This document shows positions 52,701-61,788 of a stretch of DNA of 64,000 nucleotides, in pieces; the stretch's first letter is position 1, and every line of letters begins with the position of its first letter. Source of the stretch: an uncultured Acidobacteriota bacterium (GTDB taxonomy: Bacteria > Acidobacteriota > UBA6911 > RPQK01 > JAPXNP01); NCBI GenBank assembly GCA_963777605.1, contig CAVZRV010000029.1:288001-352000 (forward strand). The letters are read 5' to 3'. The translations under genes were made by a program, and so were the position numbers. The notes under the pieces were generated by a model. The model was not told the DNA's origin. It was given only the letters and a program-made list of their open reading frames with translations, and did not search any database.

Positions 52701-52950
52701 TGAATCCCGCAACGCCCTGGATCAGGCTTCCATTGGGCCCGTAGGCTTTCACGGTAACCTCGGCCTCGGCGGCGTTCGGGTTGACGAAGGCAACCCCAGT
52801 GAAGGTGTTCACATCGAACCCAAGCCGGGGGAAGTTGAGGGTGCTGGCCCCAAGTGTAGTGCCGGTGCCTCCAGCGATGGACATGACAACGATCAGGATT
52901 ACAGGCAGGGTTGACAGGACGCGGAGGGGAGACTTCATCAGGAACCTCAC
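49738..52950 (-). CDS. Large secreted multidomain protein (4 beta-sandwich repeats, Ig-like domain, beta-propeller, C-terminal DxDxNxxTG domain)
   Basis: Signal peptide; repeats TGVAFVNP, TEINIINP, TNLGLVNL, TGVAILNP; ISATGVYTAP; YLEMDTDRNPNTG. Confidence 0.75.
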   Translation of the reverse strand: MRFLMKSPLRVLSTLPVILIVVMSIAGGTGTTLGASTLNFPRLGFDVNTFTGVAFVNPNAAEAEVTVKAYGPNGSLIQGVAGFKNTVQLTIPALRQIALTTTEIFGASLPASQFGWMQATSTSDGITGFFLFLDGSITLFDGADLPESGRKLVFPRIREGEGYSTEINIINPGTQASELDLQLFVGGEGAPKSATGAVTVPAKGIVRLDLKQNFGVEAAPDGTFLLVTGSAPIGGFEMVRSQGQDLVGLNARPTSEGLDILYFPQMAVLGPWVTNLGLVNLSDTPIIATVSARESSGNLYQGNALQGSNPALITLPAGNAVYRDVAELFGFSGDNTVDGWLKVESSGPAMTGFVTYGIPAFGSAAAVASQPEAMDRAIFSHVATSLGYFTGVAILNPGQIANPYRVMAFNKATGASLGIFDGVLQPGERISKLITELIPDNAADGQSGGFIWVKTEQPAYLTSLFGTAPNGNDADQHLVLANIPPQPAPSDYQPDAALPSIKINPPLAVVQPGKTTQFTALDGEGKPQSGVQWDVNGVESGSAQVGVISATGVYTAPGSDPSTLALPVTISGKAGNAKGGASVDVLAKEVLFQGTGVVQSLTYLRSLKLLYSAELQSGVTSSGMNPQAGPSTDIYSATSAGVRTRIRGYSGKNIVKMLDFTAGDGNEYLLFCDQAGGEILRFDPREPRTALVSVWSGLDQPNSMAFDPVTRNLLVADASGIWSVERTSLETDLTTSGASLASVSDDPQVATLISGINNARGVSVDACTGNIYVTDGTGRLLEYDRLTGESRTILNLGSAGQILGLYRKEIPCPAAFQVLIADQESDRIVLAGPSGNFDINWLSDAGVQEISYLPVDNDFTGNSGILIGEASGGTTRAALVPVPDLYVNQQKNVGSAQYGSGFADPVGDTFNPGTDTVDLTLVVGGQGEGPGNIVFSILFNGPIDPAHLSGYLEMDTDRNPNTGATSFIDLTSPYTSNLGVEYRIDFSTYTSYSEYEGEVSVKNAVTGQTVGSALVFRQPGLTDYIAINAFLLDLDVTLPINFGVIIGPSNRPTDVAPNGGYLVPIVGGSY

Positions 52951-53015
52951 TTTTTGATTGGTTACCCTTTACCGGACCAGGGCCTGAATCGTGGCCCTTT
53001 GGGTGAAAACTCAAA

Positions 53016-54068
53016 TTACGGATGTCGGGACGCCGCGCTCTTTTTCTCAGAACGCGGTTGTTGGGGAGTGGTCCCGAGATAGACCTCCTTCACAACATAT
53101 ATCGGCTTCCTCTGGCTCTCGTGATAGACCCGCGACAACATTTCACCGATCAAGCCCATTGTAATGAACTGGATTCCCACCAGCGTCACGAAAATCGCCA
53201 GGAGCAGCAGCGGACGGTCCGCCAGTTCGGCCTTGAACAAGATCTTCTCGAGGACGAGGAAGCCGGTTACGGCGGAGCCTCCAATCAACGCAATCAGCCC
53301 GAGCAGTCCAAAGAAATGGCTGGGACGGGTGGAGAACTCAGACAGAAACTTGATCGTGATCAGGTCGAGAACGACCCGGAACGTGCGGCTGATTCCGTAC
53401 TTGGACTTGCCGGCGACACGCGGGTGATGGTTGACCGGCACTTCAGCAATCCGCGCCCCGATTTGAGCGGCAATCGCCGGGATAAATCGGTGCATTTCTC
53501 CGTACAGGGCGAGTTCGTCAACGATTTCCTTCCGGATCGCTTTCAGGGAACACCCGAAGTCATGGAGTTTGAGCCCCATGATGATCGAGATCAGCCAGTT
53601 GGCCGCCATCGACGGGAGGCGACGGCTCAGGAACGGGTCGTTACGCTTTCTTCGCCAGCCGTTGACCAAGTCGAAACCCGACTCCAGCTTCTCGATGAGG
53701 AGCGGAATGTCTTCGGGATCATTCTGGCGGTCGGCGTCGAGCGTGATCACGATCGAGCCGCGACTGGCCTTGAGCCCGGCCGAGAGAGCTGCGGTTTGAC
53801 CGAAATTGCGTCGCAGTCGGATCAGGCGACAGCGCAGCTCAGTGTCACAGACGGTTTTGATCGCGCGATCACTGCCGTCCGTGCTGCCGTCGTCAACGAA
53901 GGTGATTTCCCATTCACGGTCGAGCCTTATGAGCACGGAAATCAGTGACGTGGCCAGTGCTTCAATGTTCTCGACTTCGTTGAAAACCGGGAGTACGACC
54001 GAAATCTGGATTGGTCCGGATGCACCCAATGTCGGGTTGCTGAGTCCATCCGAAACCAGCTGGCTCAC
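53016..54068 (-). CDS. Glycosyltransferase family 2 (ArnC/DPM1-like polyprenol-phosphate glycosyltransferase)
   Basis: VVLPVFNE, DDGSTD, RNFGQTAAL, DADRQNDP, HRFIP and two C-terminal TMs. Confidence 0.92.
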   Translation of the reverse strand: MSQLVSDGLSNPTLGASGPIQISVVLPVFNEVENIEALATSLISVLIRLDREWEITFVDDGSTDGSDRAIKTVCDTELRCRLIRLRRNFGQTAALSAGLKASRGSIVITLDADRQNDPEDIPLLIEKLESGFDLVNGWRRKRNDPFLSRRLPSMAANWLISIIMGLKLHDFGCSLKAIRKEIVDELALYGEMHRFIPAIAAQIGARIAEVPVNHHPRVAGKSKYGISRTFRVVLDLITIKFLSEFSTRPSHFFGLLGLIALIGGSAVTGFLVLEKILFKAELADRPLLLLAIFVTLVGIQFITMGLIGEMLSRVYHESQRKPIYVVKEVYLGTTPQQPRSEKKSAASRHP

Positions 54069-55780
54069 GTGGTTGAACCTCCCGCCAGTTCTCTGAACGG
54101 TTCGTAGGAGTCCAGCATCGCAACCGCGATGATCTGATCGCCCACTTCCAGTCTCGTCGGCCCTCTTGGAATGAGCATCTCGCTTCCACGCAAAACAGCG
54201 ACGGCAGTCACGTTCTTGATGTCCCCCATGCTCTCGGCGACGGTCTTGCCTGCCAGCGGGGAATCCGGCCCAATCTTGACTTCCACAAGAAGCCCTTCAC
54301 CCCCTCCGATGGGGATCGGTTCGCCGTAGCTGAGGAGGCTGACCAGCCGAGGCAGGCTCACGTCCTCGGTGTCCACCTGGCCGGTTTCGAGCATCCGAAG
54401 CGCTCTCCGGACGAACACCCCTCGATGAACCGGGGAGTCCTCTCTGCTTTCGACTTGAGATTCGTAAAGGGTCGGATATTCCCACCCGCGGGTAATGGAA
54501 CGCTGAACCATGAATGACAGGACGTTTGCCAGCATCGCAGGGACGATCAGTCCGTAGCCGCCGGTCATTTCGGCCACCATGATCAGGGTGGAAATCGGCG
54601 TGCGCGCGGCTCCGGCGAAGATGGCGGCCATACCCACCAGCACCATGGACGCTACGCTCAGTTGAAGGGCGGGAAAGAGCTGGGAACAGATCGTCCCGAC
54701 GAGTCCCCCAAGCATGGCGCCGATTACTACGGTCGGGGCAAAGACGCCCCCTGAGCCTCCCGAGCCGATCGTCAGGGCCATGCCGGGTCCCTTCAAAACG
54801 AACAGCAGTGCAATAGTCCCCAACGTCAGTTTTCCCGCCATGGCCAACTCTACCCATCCGTATCCCGTGCCCAGTATGGCGGGGAATGCCATTGCGATCA
54901 GCCCGACGAGAAGTCCTCCGATCGCCGGCTTCAGGTGGGGTGGTCCCGGAATCCGCAGAAACAGATCTCGAATCCGGTAGAACATCGTCGGAAGCACCGA
55001 GCCGAACAGGCCGGCGACAACGCCGAGGACAGCGAATACGGCCAGGGTCTTGGGGTCGTGAAACGACAAGTTGCCCGGAATTGCGAAGATCGGCGACCAG
55101 CCCACGAAGAACCCGTGAAATGCGTACGCCGTAACGGCAGAAATGACGGTGAAAATCAGCGCTTCCGACTCGAACACCATCCCGGAATAGAGGATCTCGA
55201 CAGCGAAAATGGCCATCCCCAGCGGTGCCCGGAAAATGGCGGCCAAACCGCCGGCCATCGCTGCCAGGAGCACGATGCGCTTTTCCTGCCCCCTCAGGTG
55301 AAGGGCCTGGGCCATCATGGTGCCGATCCCGGCGCTGATCTGAGCAGTCGGGCCCTCTTTTCCGGCAACTCCGCCCGATCCGATCGTCACGGCCGAGGCG
55401 ACTGCTTTAACGAAGGGAACCCTCGCGTTTACGGCCCCACCGCGCTGGTGGTAGGACCCGACGGCGGCATCCGTTCCGTGCCCTTCGGCCTCGGGAGCGA
55501 GGCTGAATACGATAATCCCGCTGATCAGTCCACCCAGGGTCGTGGCTACAGGAATCCACCATCGAGAGAAGAGGCCTGGGACCTGTGCCAGCGGATCGAG
55601 CGTTCCCACGCGGGGTGGAACGTATCCCGAGATAGGGATCAGAAGGCTGTTTTGCGCGACTTCAACGCAGAAATCAAATACCAGGGCAGACGCCCCGCCG
55701 ACGAGTCCAACAATGAGGCAGATCCAGATCATGCGGGATCGTGGAGGAAATACACTCGTGGCAGAATTGTCCGGTTTCAC
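54065..55780 (-). CDS. ClC-family chloride channel/antiporter with C-terminal TrkA-C (RCK_C) domain
   Basis: EGHGTD, GKEGP, FRAPLG and GGVFAP; C-terminal SPLAGKTV...LIPRGPTRLEVGD. Confidence 0.9.
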   Translation of the reverse strand: MKPDNSATSVFPPRSRMIWICLIVGLVGGASALVFDFCVEVAQNSLLIPISGYVPPRVGTLDPLAQVPGLFSRWWIPVATTLGGLISGIIVFSLAPEAEGHGTDAAVGSYHQRGGAVNARVPFVKAVASAVTIGSGGVAGKEGPTAQISAGIGTMMAQALHLRGQEKRIVLLAAMAGGLAAIFRAPLGMAIFAVEILYSGMVFESEALIFTVISAVTAYAFHGFFVGWSPIFAIPGNLSFHDPKTLAVFAVLGVVAGLFGSVLPTMFYRIRDLFLRIPGPPHLKPAIGGLLVGLIAMAFPAILGTGYGWVELAMAGKLTLGTIALLFVLKGPGMALTIGSGGSGGVFAPTVVIGAMLGGLVGTICSQLFPALQLSVASMVLVGMAAIFAGAARTPISTLIMVAEMTGGYGLIVPAMLANVLSFMVQRSITRGWEYPTLYESQVESREDSPVHRGVFVRRALRMLETGQVDTEDVSLPRLVSLLSYGEPIPIGGGEGLLVEVKIGPDSPLAGKTVAESMGDIKNVTAVAVLRGSEMLIPRGPTRLEVGDQIIAVAMLDSYEPFRELAGGSTT

Positions 55781-55905
55781 TTTGACTAGTCCCCTGTAGT
55801 TGCAGGCAAAGACCCTGGCTATTCTCCGCCAGAGGCGCCCTGATGTCCAGTAAGGCCCTGGGCGGGATCCTCACTAATTGGCATGGTTTAGTACCGAGGT
55901 GACAC

Positions 55906-56116
55906 TCAGGGAGCGTGAACGTGGAATGACTCGACGGTTAGGCCTTCCTCGAGTTCATCGATCAGCCTTTTGAGAAAGATTTCCCGTTGTTTGAGTCCTT
56001 CCCTGAATGTCATGGAATCCGTGTCGGCAATCTCCATCCACAGGTCAGAAAGGTAGCTCGAGAGTACCTCTTTGAATGCGGATGCTTCGTTCGGCGTGAG
56101 TCCGAGTCCGTATCAT
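55906..56116 (-). CDS. Small helical hypothetical protein (~69 aa) hidden by a +1 indel near its start
   Basis: AGGAGAG + ATG 56116; removing one G gives MIRLGLTPNEASAFKEVLSSYLSDLWMEIADTDSMTFREGLKQREIFLKRLIDELEEG... Confidence 0.7.
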
Positions 56117-56175
56117 CGCGTTCACTCTCCTGCAATTGCCTGAGCCAATTTTAGACGAAGTCCGCGCTCGGCGCT

Positions 56176-59100
56176 ATGATTGCCTCCATGCGATCCTCTC
56201 CAATACGGACTTCCTTACTCGTCAACTGTGTCTTTATGGTGTCTTCCTGGGCTTTTCCAGCGGCGGCCGGGAGCGCCCAGGAAGCGGCGGCCCCGGAGAT
56301 CCGTGCGTTCAGTCCCCAGGGAACGGTCAAACAGGCCAATCAGGTTCGGGCGGTCTTTTCAGAGCCGATCGTTTCCTTCGGAGATCCGCGGGGAGCGGCG
56401 GATTCTCCCTTTTCGATCAGTTGTGATTTGCCGGGACAGGGAATCTGGATCGATCCGCTGACCTGGGTGTACAACGTCGAAGGCCAGGTTCCTGCTGGTG
56501 TTCAGTGCCGGTTCGACCTCGCTCCCGAACTTCGCACCCTCTCAGGGAAGCCGTTGACCGGTCGAAGGAGCTTCTCATTCAACACCGGGGGACCGGCCGT
56601 TATGGAAGTGTATCCCGGGGCGGGGGCGGAGTCGATCGACGAGAACCAGATCTTCATACTGCGCCTGGATGGGCCGGCACTTCCCTCCTCGGTGCAAAGC
56701 CGGGCCTATTTCATTGTCGAAGGAATCGCCGATGCCGTGGGAATCGACATCATAACCGATGGTGCCCGGGAAGAGATCCTGAGTACTCAATATCGTAATC
56801 GCAACGCTCCCCCCGATCTGTTCCTGCTCGTCAAACCGCGCCTGACACTCCCGGCCGGAGGGGGGGTGCGTCTCGTCTGGGGGAGCGGGATCAGCTCTCC
56901 CTCTGGAGTTTCCACCCGCGAGGAGCAGGCGTTCGATTTCAAGGTGAGACCCCGGTTCAGCGCCCGTTTCGCTTGCGAACGTCTCAATCCCGACCGTGCC
57001 TGCATGCCGCTCGGCGACATGAGGGTGGTCTTCTCGGCACCGGTCAACGCGGAACAGGTTCGAAAAGTAAGCCTGACCGATGGCAACGGAGAGACCCGGG
57101 AGGCCGACGTCGGGGATGAGGAATATGTCTGGCAGGCACGCTTCGAGGGCCCCTTTCCTCCAAGTGCGGATTTCACGATCGAACTGCCTGCCGGGGTGAC
57201 CGATGACTCGGGTCGCGCGCTTTCCAACCAGGAGGAGTATCCCCTTCGAGTCGCGACCGACGACTATCCGCCACTGGCCAAGTTTTCAGGAGACTTTGGC
57301 ATCCTGGAGTCGTCCGACCCTGTACTCCCCGTGACGGTTCGGAACGTCGAAACTGAGTTGCGGTTTGACCGGCTCAAAGTGGCGGGCCCGACGACGGTCT
57401 CGGGTTCCATGGTTCGGGTGAGTTCAGAAGATGCCGAGGAGATCCTTTCCTGGATCCGGAAGGTCCAGAGTCGAGGTTGGGACGATCGGGGGCAGTCGGT
57501 CTTTCAAGCCGACTCGTCGGTGGAGCCGACCGAATTCACTCTTCCCCGGCCAGATGAAGGGGACGCTGCCGAGGTTCTGGGGATGGAACTTCCCGGTCCC
57601 GGCTTCTACGTCGTTGAACTGGAGAGCCCGCTCATGGGGGCGGCACTCATTGACCCGCCCGGCACCATGTACGTGGCGACTACTGCGCTGGTGACCAACC
57701 TTGGAGTCCATCTCAAGTGGGGGTTCGAGAACTCCCTTGTCTGGGTCACCAGCCTGGACAGTTCCAGACCGGTCAAAGGTGCCGAGTTGGAGATTTACGA
57801 CTGTGAGGGTCGGCTCCTGTGGGAGGGGGAGACAGACTCCAGCGGCTTGTCCAGAGTCGACACTCTCCCCGCCCCGGACAAGGTTGCTCATTGCGGTTGG
57901 GGCCGACTCCAGTCGGGAATCCTGGTGACCGCTCGAAAAGGGGCCGACTACAGCTTTGTTCATTCCGACTGGAACGAGGGGATTGAACCGTGGCGATTCC
58001 AGTTGCCGGTTGCCTACGATTCCTCTCTGCTTGCGGTGCACACGATTCTGGACCGGGCGCTTGTCCGGGCCGGAGAGACGGTCCACATGAAGCACATCCT
58101 GAGGAAGCGTTCGACGGATGGATTCAACCTTCCCGCCCCCGATGAACGGCCCGAAACTCTCGTGATCACTCATATTGGAACGTGGCAGGAATACACGCAG
58201 GAGCTTCGTTGGGAACGGGGAGGTGTCGCCGAATCGGATTGGGAGATCCCGAGAGATGCCAAGTTCGGCAGTTACCAGGTGAAGCTTCGGGACAACCAGG
58301 GACATGACTGGGACGCCGCCTCCTTTCGGGTCGAGGAGTTTCGGGTTCCGCTCATGCGCGCTTCGATTCAGCCTCCGAAGCAACCACTGGTTGAACCCGA
58401 GGACGTCCTTCTCGATGTCTCGGCCGAGTATCTTGCCGGTGGTGCAGCGAAAGGATTGGACGCGGTTCTCCGGTATCAGGAAGAGCCGGGATCGCCCCGG
58501 CCGGGAGAAGACTTCGACGGGTTCAGCTTTGGTGACGCGCCGGTGGAGGTCGGAGTCCAGCGGGCCCGGGAAGCGGAAACGGCGGCCGACCATTACCGGA
58601 AGACCTCGTTTGAACTGGACGACCACGGAGGAAAGCAGGTCACGATCGAGGGGATTACGCCGTCCCGCCGCTTTCGAAATCTGGTGGCTGAACTCGAGTT
58701 CCGGGACCCCAACGGCGAAGTCCAGACGGTTTCGAGTCGAGTTCCGATCTGGCCGTCGGCAAGGATGGCGGGGGTGAAGGTCAAGGAGTGGATGCAACCC
58801 GACGACAAGATCCAGTTCAGTGTTGCAGTGATCGATCCGGCGGGGAAACCGGTCTCAGACTGGCCGGTCAAGGTTGAGCTCTTCGAGCGCAAGACGTACT
58901 CTCACCGAAAGCGCCTCGTCGGGGGTTTCTATGCCTACGAACATGTCCGGGAAATCGTTTCCGACGGCGTTCTGACCGAAGGAGCAACGGACGAGAACGG
59001 AATTCTGAAGTACGAGGGACCATCTCCGGCATCCGGCAACCTGATCCTGATGGCCAGCGCCGTCGACAACGAGGGTCGCACTTCTTTCGGTACTGTCGAT

Positions 59101-61788
59101 CTATGGGTGAAGGGAGCGCAAGAGTGGTGGTTCGAAGTCGAAGACAATGACCGGATCGATTTCATTCCGGAACGAAAGCGCTACGAAGCCGGCGAGACCG
59201 CCCGGTTCCAGCTTCGGATGCCGTTCCGTGAGGCAACCGCCCTGATCACGGTTGAACGGGAAGGCGTCGCCGAAGCCTTCGTGAAGCGGGTCTCCGGTGA
59301 CGACAGCGTCGTTGAGATTCCGGTCAAGAGTTCCTATTCACCCAATGTCTTCGTTTCGGCCCTTGTAGTCCGGGGCAGGGTTGCAGGGGTCGCTCCCACG
59401 GCAATCGTTGACTTGGGGAAGCCCGCCTACAAGTTGGGGATCGGCGGGATTGAAGTCGGTTACGGCGATCATGCTCTCAAGGTGGATGTGCGGACCGACC
59501 GCGAAGTCTACCCGGTACGCGACCACGCGCAGGCTCGGATCCGGGTCACCGAACCGGATGGGAGTCCCTTGCGACCCGGCGCTGAGGTCGCGGTTGCGGT
59601 CGTGGACGAGGGCTTGCTCGAACTGGCGCCAAATTCATCCTGGGATCTTCTCGAGGCCATGATGGGCCGGCGGGGTTACGGAATCAGGACTGCGACTGCC
59701 CAGATGCAGGTGGTGGGGAAACGCCACTTTGGACTCAAGGCCCAGCCGCACGGAGGAGGAGGGGGCCGCCAGTTAACGCGGGAGTTGTTCGACACGCTGC
59801 TTCTCTGGAAAGGGAGGCTGGTTCTGGACGACGACGGGCAGGCCACTGTTGACGTTCCCTTGAATGATTCAATTACCAGTTTCAGGATCGTGGCGGTCGC
59901 TACCGGCGGTCTCGACCGATTCGGGACCGGCTCGGCGTCGATCCGGACAACCCGGGATGTCATGATCTTCTCCGGCCTTCCTCCGGTTGTCCGGGACTCT
60001 GACCGATTTGAGGCGCCCTTTACCGTTCGGAACGCCTCGATTGGAGCGATGGAGATTTCGGTGAAGATCGCAGTCGCTGAATCCGGTTTGAGCCTGGATC
60101 GAAAGGTCAGACTTGGCCCCGGTGACGCCACGGACATCACTGTCCCTGCCGACGTTCCCGCCGGGCTCGAACAGATGACCTGGACCGTATCGGCGGTAGT
60201 CGATGGAACCGTCAAGGACCGAATCTCGGTAGCCCAGACCGTGCTTCCCCTGGTTCCCGTGCGCGCAGTCCAGGCGACGATGACATCACTTTCCGATCCC
60301 TTTTCGATGCCGGTCAGCCGGCCTGCGGACGCGATCCAGGGAAAGGGGGGGATCGAGGTCGATTTGAGTCCTTCGCTGGCCGGTGGGCTTGAAGGCGTGA
60401 GCAGTTATATGAGGACGTACCCGTACAGCTGCCTCGAGCAGGAACTCTCCCGTGCGGTGAGCCTGGGCGATCGGAAAAGTTGGGATCACTGGATGCAGGC
60501 ATTGCCTTCGTACCTGGACCAGGATGGGCTGGCGCGCTATTTCCCTGGTTCGGAATCGGGCAGTGATGTGCTCACGGCCTACCTGCTGGCGCTGGCCGAC
60601 GAGACCGGCTGGCCGGTCCCGGACAACTACCGGGACTTGATGCTGAATGGACTCGATGCCTTCGTCGCGGGGCGCATACCCTTTGGCTATTCGTTGGGGG
60701 CCGACCTGACCCTGCGCAAGATTTCGGCGATCGACGTGCTGTCCAGGTTCGGCCGGGCCACTCCGGAAATGCTTTCATCGGTGACGGTCGCCCCCAACCT
60801 GTGGCCGACTGCCACGTTGACCGACTGGTACGGAATCCTGACCCGGATGACCGCGGTTGCCGGGAGGGATTCGCGGCTGGAAGAAGCCCGCCAGATTCTT
60901 CGCTCGCGGCTGACTTACCGGGGTACTTCTGCGGCCTTTTCAGCGGAAACGGGCCGGGGACTCTACTGGCTGATGGTCTCGCGCGACGTCAGCCAGGCTC
61001 GAATGGTCCTGGCCGTTCTTCGAGACTCGACCTGGCGCGAGGATCTGCCGAAGCTGGTCATGGGTTTGATGGGGCAACAGTCGGAGGGTCGTTGGGATCT
61101 CACGACGGCCAATGCCTGGGGCAGTCTGGCGGTCAGGAAGTTCGCCGCGCTCTACGAGAAGGAAACTGTTTCGGGAACGACGGCGGTCGCACTGGGATCG
61201 GATCGTGAGACGGTGGATTGGAATTCCGGTCCCACCGGTGATCGGAGTATCGACCTCCCCTGGCCCGAGGCCGAATCGGCACTCCAGTTGCGACACGACG
61301 GTACCGGCGCGCCCTGGGCGTTCGTCCGGGCTACGGCTGCCGTTCCCGGGGTAATGCCCTCGAACGGTTTCGTGGTTCGACGGCGAGTGGCACCGGTCGA
61401 GAAGAAGCGGGACGATGGGTGGTCCATCGGGGATATAGCCCGGGTCCGGCTCGAGATCGAGGCCCAGGCAGACACGGCCTGGGTTGTTGTGAGCGACCCG
61501 ATCCCATCGGGGTCCCTGATCCTCGGATCCGGCCTGGGGCGGGATTCGGCCCTGGCAGTGGCGGGAGAGGCCTCTCCCCGGGGGCGGACTCCTTCGTTCG
61601 AAGAGCGTTCTTTCAGTTCCTACCGGGCCTATTACTCCCTGCTGCGCCGGGGATCGTACGTGATCGAATACACGGTCCGCCTCAACGCAGCCGGGACTTT
61701 CCATTTGCCACCGACCCGAATCGAAGCGATGTATCAGCCCGAGGTCGCCGGCGAACTGGCGGGAGAGCAATGGGTCGTCGCGCCATGA
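56176..61788 (+). CDS. Bacterial alpha-2-macroglobulin (YfhM-like)
   Basis: 1870 aa; DRALVRAGETVH, FRVEEFR, AVAVVDEG, thioester motif YPYSCLEQ (CLEQ 60430-60441), EAMYQPE. Confidence 0.93.
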   Translation: MIASMRSSPIRTSLLVNCVFMVSSWAFPAAAGSAQEAAAPEIRAFSPQGTVKQANQVRAVFSEPIVSFGDPRGAADSPFSISCDLPGQGIWIDPLTWVYNVEGQVPAGVQCRFDLAPELRTLSGKPLTGRRSFSFNTGGPAVMEVYPGAGAESIDENQIFILRLDGPALPSSVQSRAYFIVEGIADAVGIDIITDGAREEILSTQYRNRNAPPDLFLLVKPRLTLPAGGGVRLVWGSGISSPSGVSTREEQAFDFKVRPRFSARFACERLNPDRACMPLGDMRVVFSAPVNAEQVRKVSLTDGNGETREADVGDEEYVWQARFEGPFPPSADFTIELPAGVTDDSGRALSNQEEYPLRVATDDYPPLAKFSGDFGILESSDPVLPVTVRNVETELRFDRLKVAGPTTVSGSMVRVSSEDAEEILSWIRKVQSRGWDDRGQSVFQADSSVEPTEFTLPRPDEGDAAEVLGMELPGPGFYVVELESPLMGAALIDPPGTMYVATTALVTNLGVHLKWGFENSLVWVTSLDSSRPVKGAELEIYDCEGRLLWEGETDSSGLSRVDTLPAPDKVAHCGWGRLQSGILVTARKGADYSFVHSDWNEGIEPWRFQLPVAYDSSLLAVHTILDRALVRAGETVHMKHILRKRSTDGFNLPAPDERPETLVITHIGTWQEYTQELRWERGGVAESDWEIPRDAKFGSYQVKLRDNQGHDWDAASFRVEEFRVPLMRASIQPPKQPLVEPEDVLLDVSAEYLAGGAAKGLDAVLRYQEEPGSPRPGEDFDGFSFGDAPVEVGVQRAREAETAADHYRKTSFELDDHGGKQVTIEGITPSRRFRNLVAELEFRDPNGEVQTVSSRVPIWPSARMAGVKVKEWMQPDDKIQFSVAVIDPAGKPVSDWPVKVELFERKTYSHRKRLVGGFYAYEHVREIVSDGVLTEGATDENGILKYEGPSPASGNLILMASAVDNEGRTSFGTVDLWVKGAQEWWFEVEDNDRIDFIPERKRYEAGETARFQLRMPFREATALITVEREGVAEAFVKRVSGDDSVVEIPVKSSYSPNVFVSALVVRGRVAGVAPTAIVDLGKPAYKLGIGGIEVGYGDHALKVDVRTDREVYPVRDHAQARIRVTEPDGSPLRPGAEVAVAVVDEGLLELAPNSSWDLLEAMMGRRGYGIRTATAQMQVVGKRHFGLKAQPHGGGGGRQLTRELFDTLLLWKGRLVLDDDGQATVDVPLNDSITSFRIVAVATGGLDRFGTGSASIRTTRDVMIFSGLPPVVRDSDRFEAPFTVRNASIGAMEISVKIAVAESGLSLDRKVRLGPGDATDITVPADVPAGLEQMTWTVSAVVDGTVKDRISVAQTVLPLVPVRAVQATMTSLSDPFSMPVSRPADAIQGKGGIEVDLSPSLAGGLEGVSSYMRTYPYSCLEQELSRAVSLGDRKSWDHWMQALPSYLDQDGLARYFPGSESGSDVLTAYLLALADETGWPVPDNYRDLMLNGLDAFVAGRIPFGYSLGADLTLRKISAIDVLSRFGRATPEMLSSVTVAPNLWPTATLTDWYGILTRMTAVAGRDSRLEEARQILRSRLTYRGTSAAFSAETGRGLYWLMVSRDVSQARMVLAVLRDSTWREDLPKLVMGLMGQQSEGRWDLTTANAWGSLAVRKFAALYEKETVSGTTAVALGSDRETVDWNSGPTGDRSIDLPWPEAESALQLRHDGTGAPWAFVRATAAVPGVMPSNGFVVRRRVAPVEKKRDDGWSIGDIARVRLEIEAQADTAWVVVSDPIPSGSLILGSGLGRDSALAVAGEASPRGRTPSFEERSFSSYRAYYSLLRRGSYVIEYTVRLNAAGTFHLPPTRIEAMYQPEVAGELAGEQWVVAP

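Noticed and set aside
61419-61784. Upstream extension of the pbpC ORF
   Set aside because: Lies inside the alpha-2-macroglobulin gene; ATG 61785 followed by a TM anchor is the plausible start.
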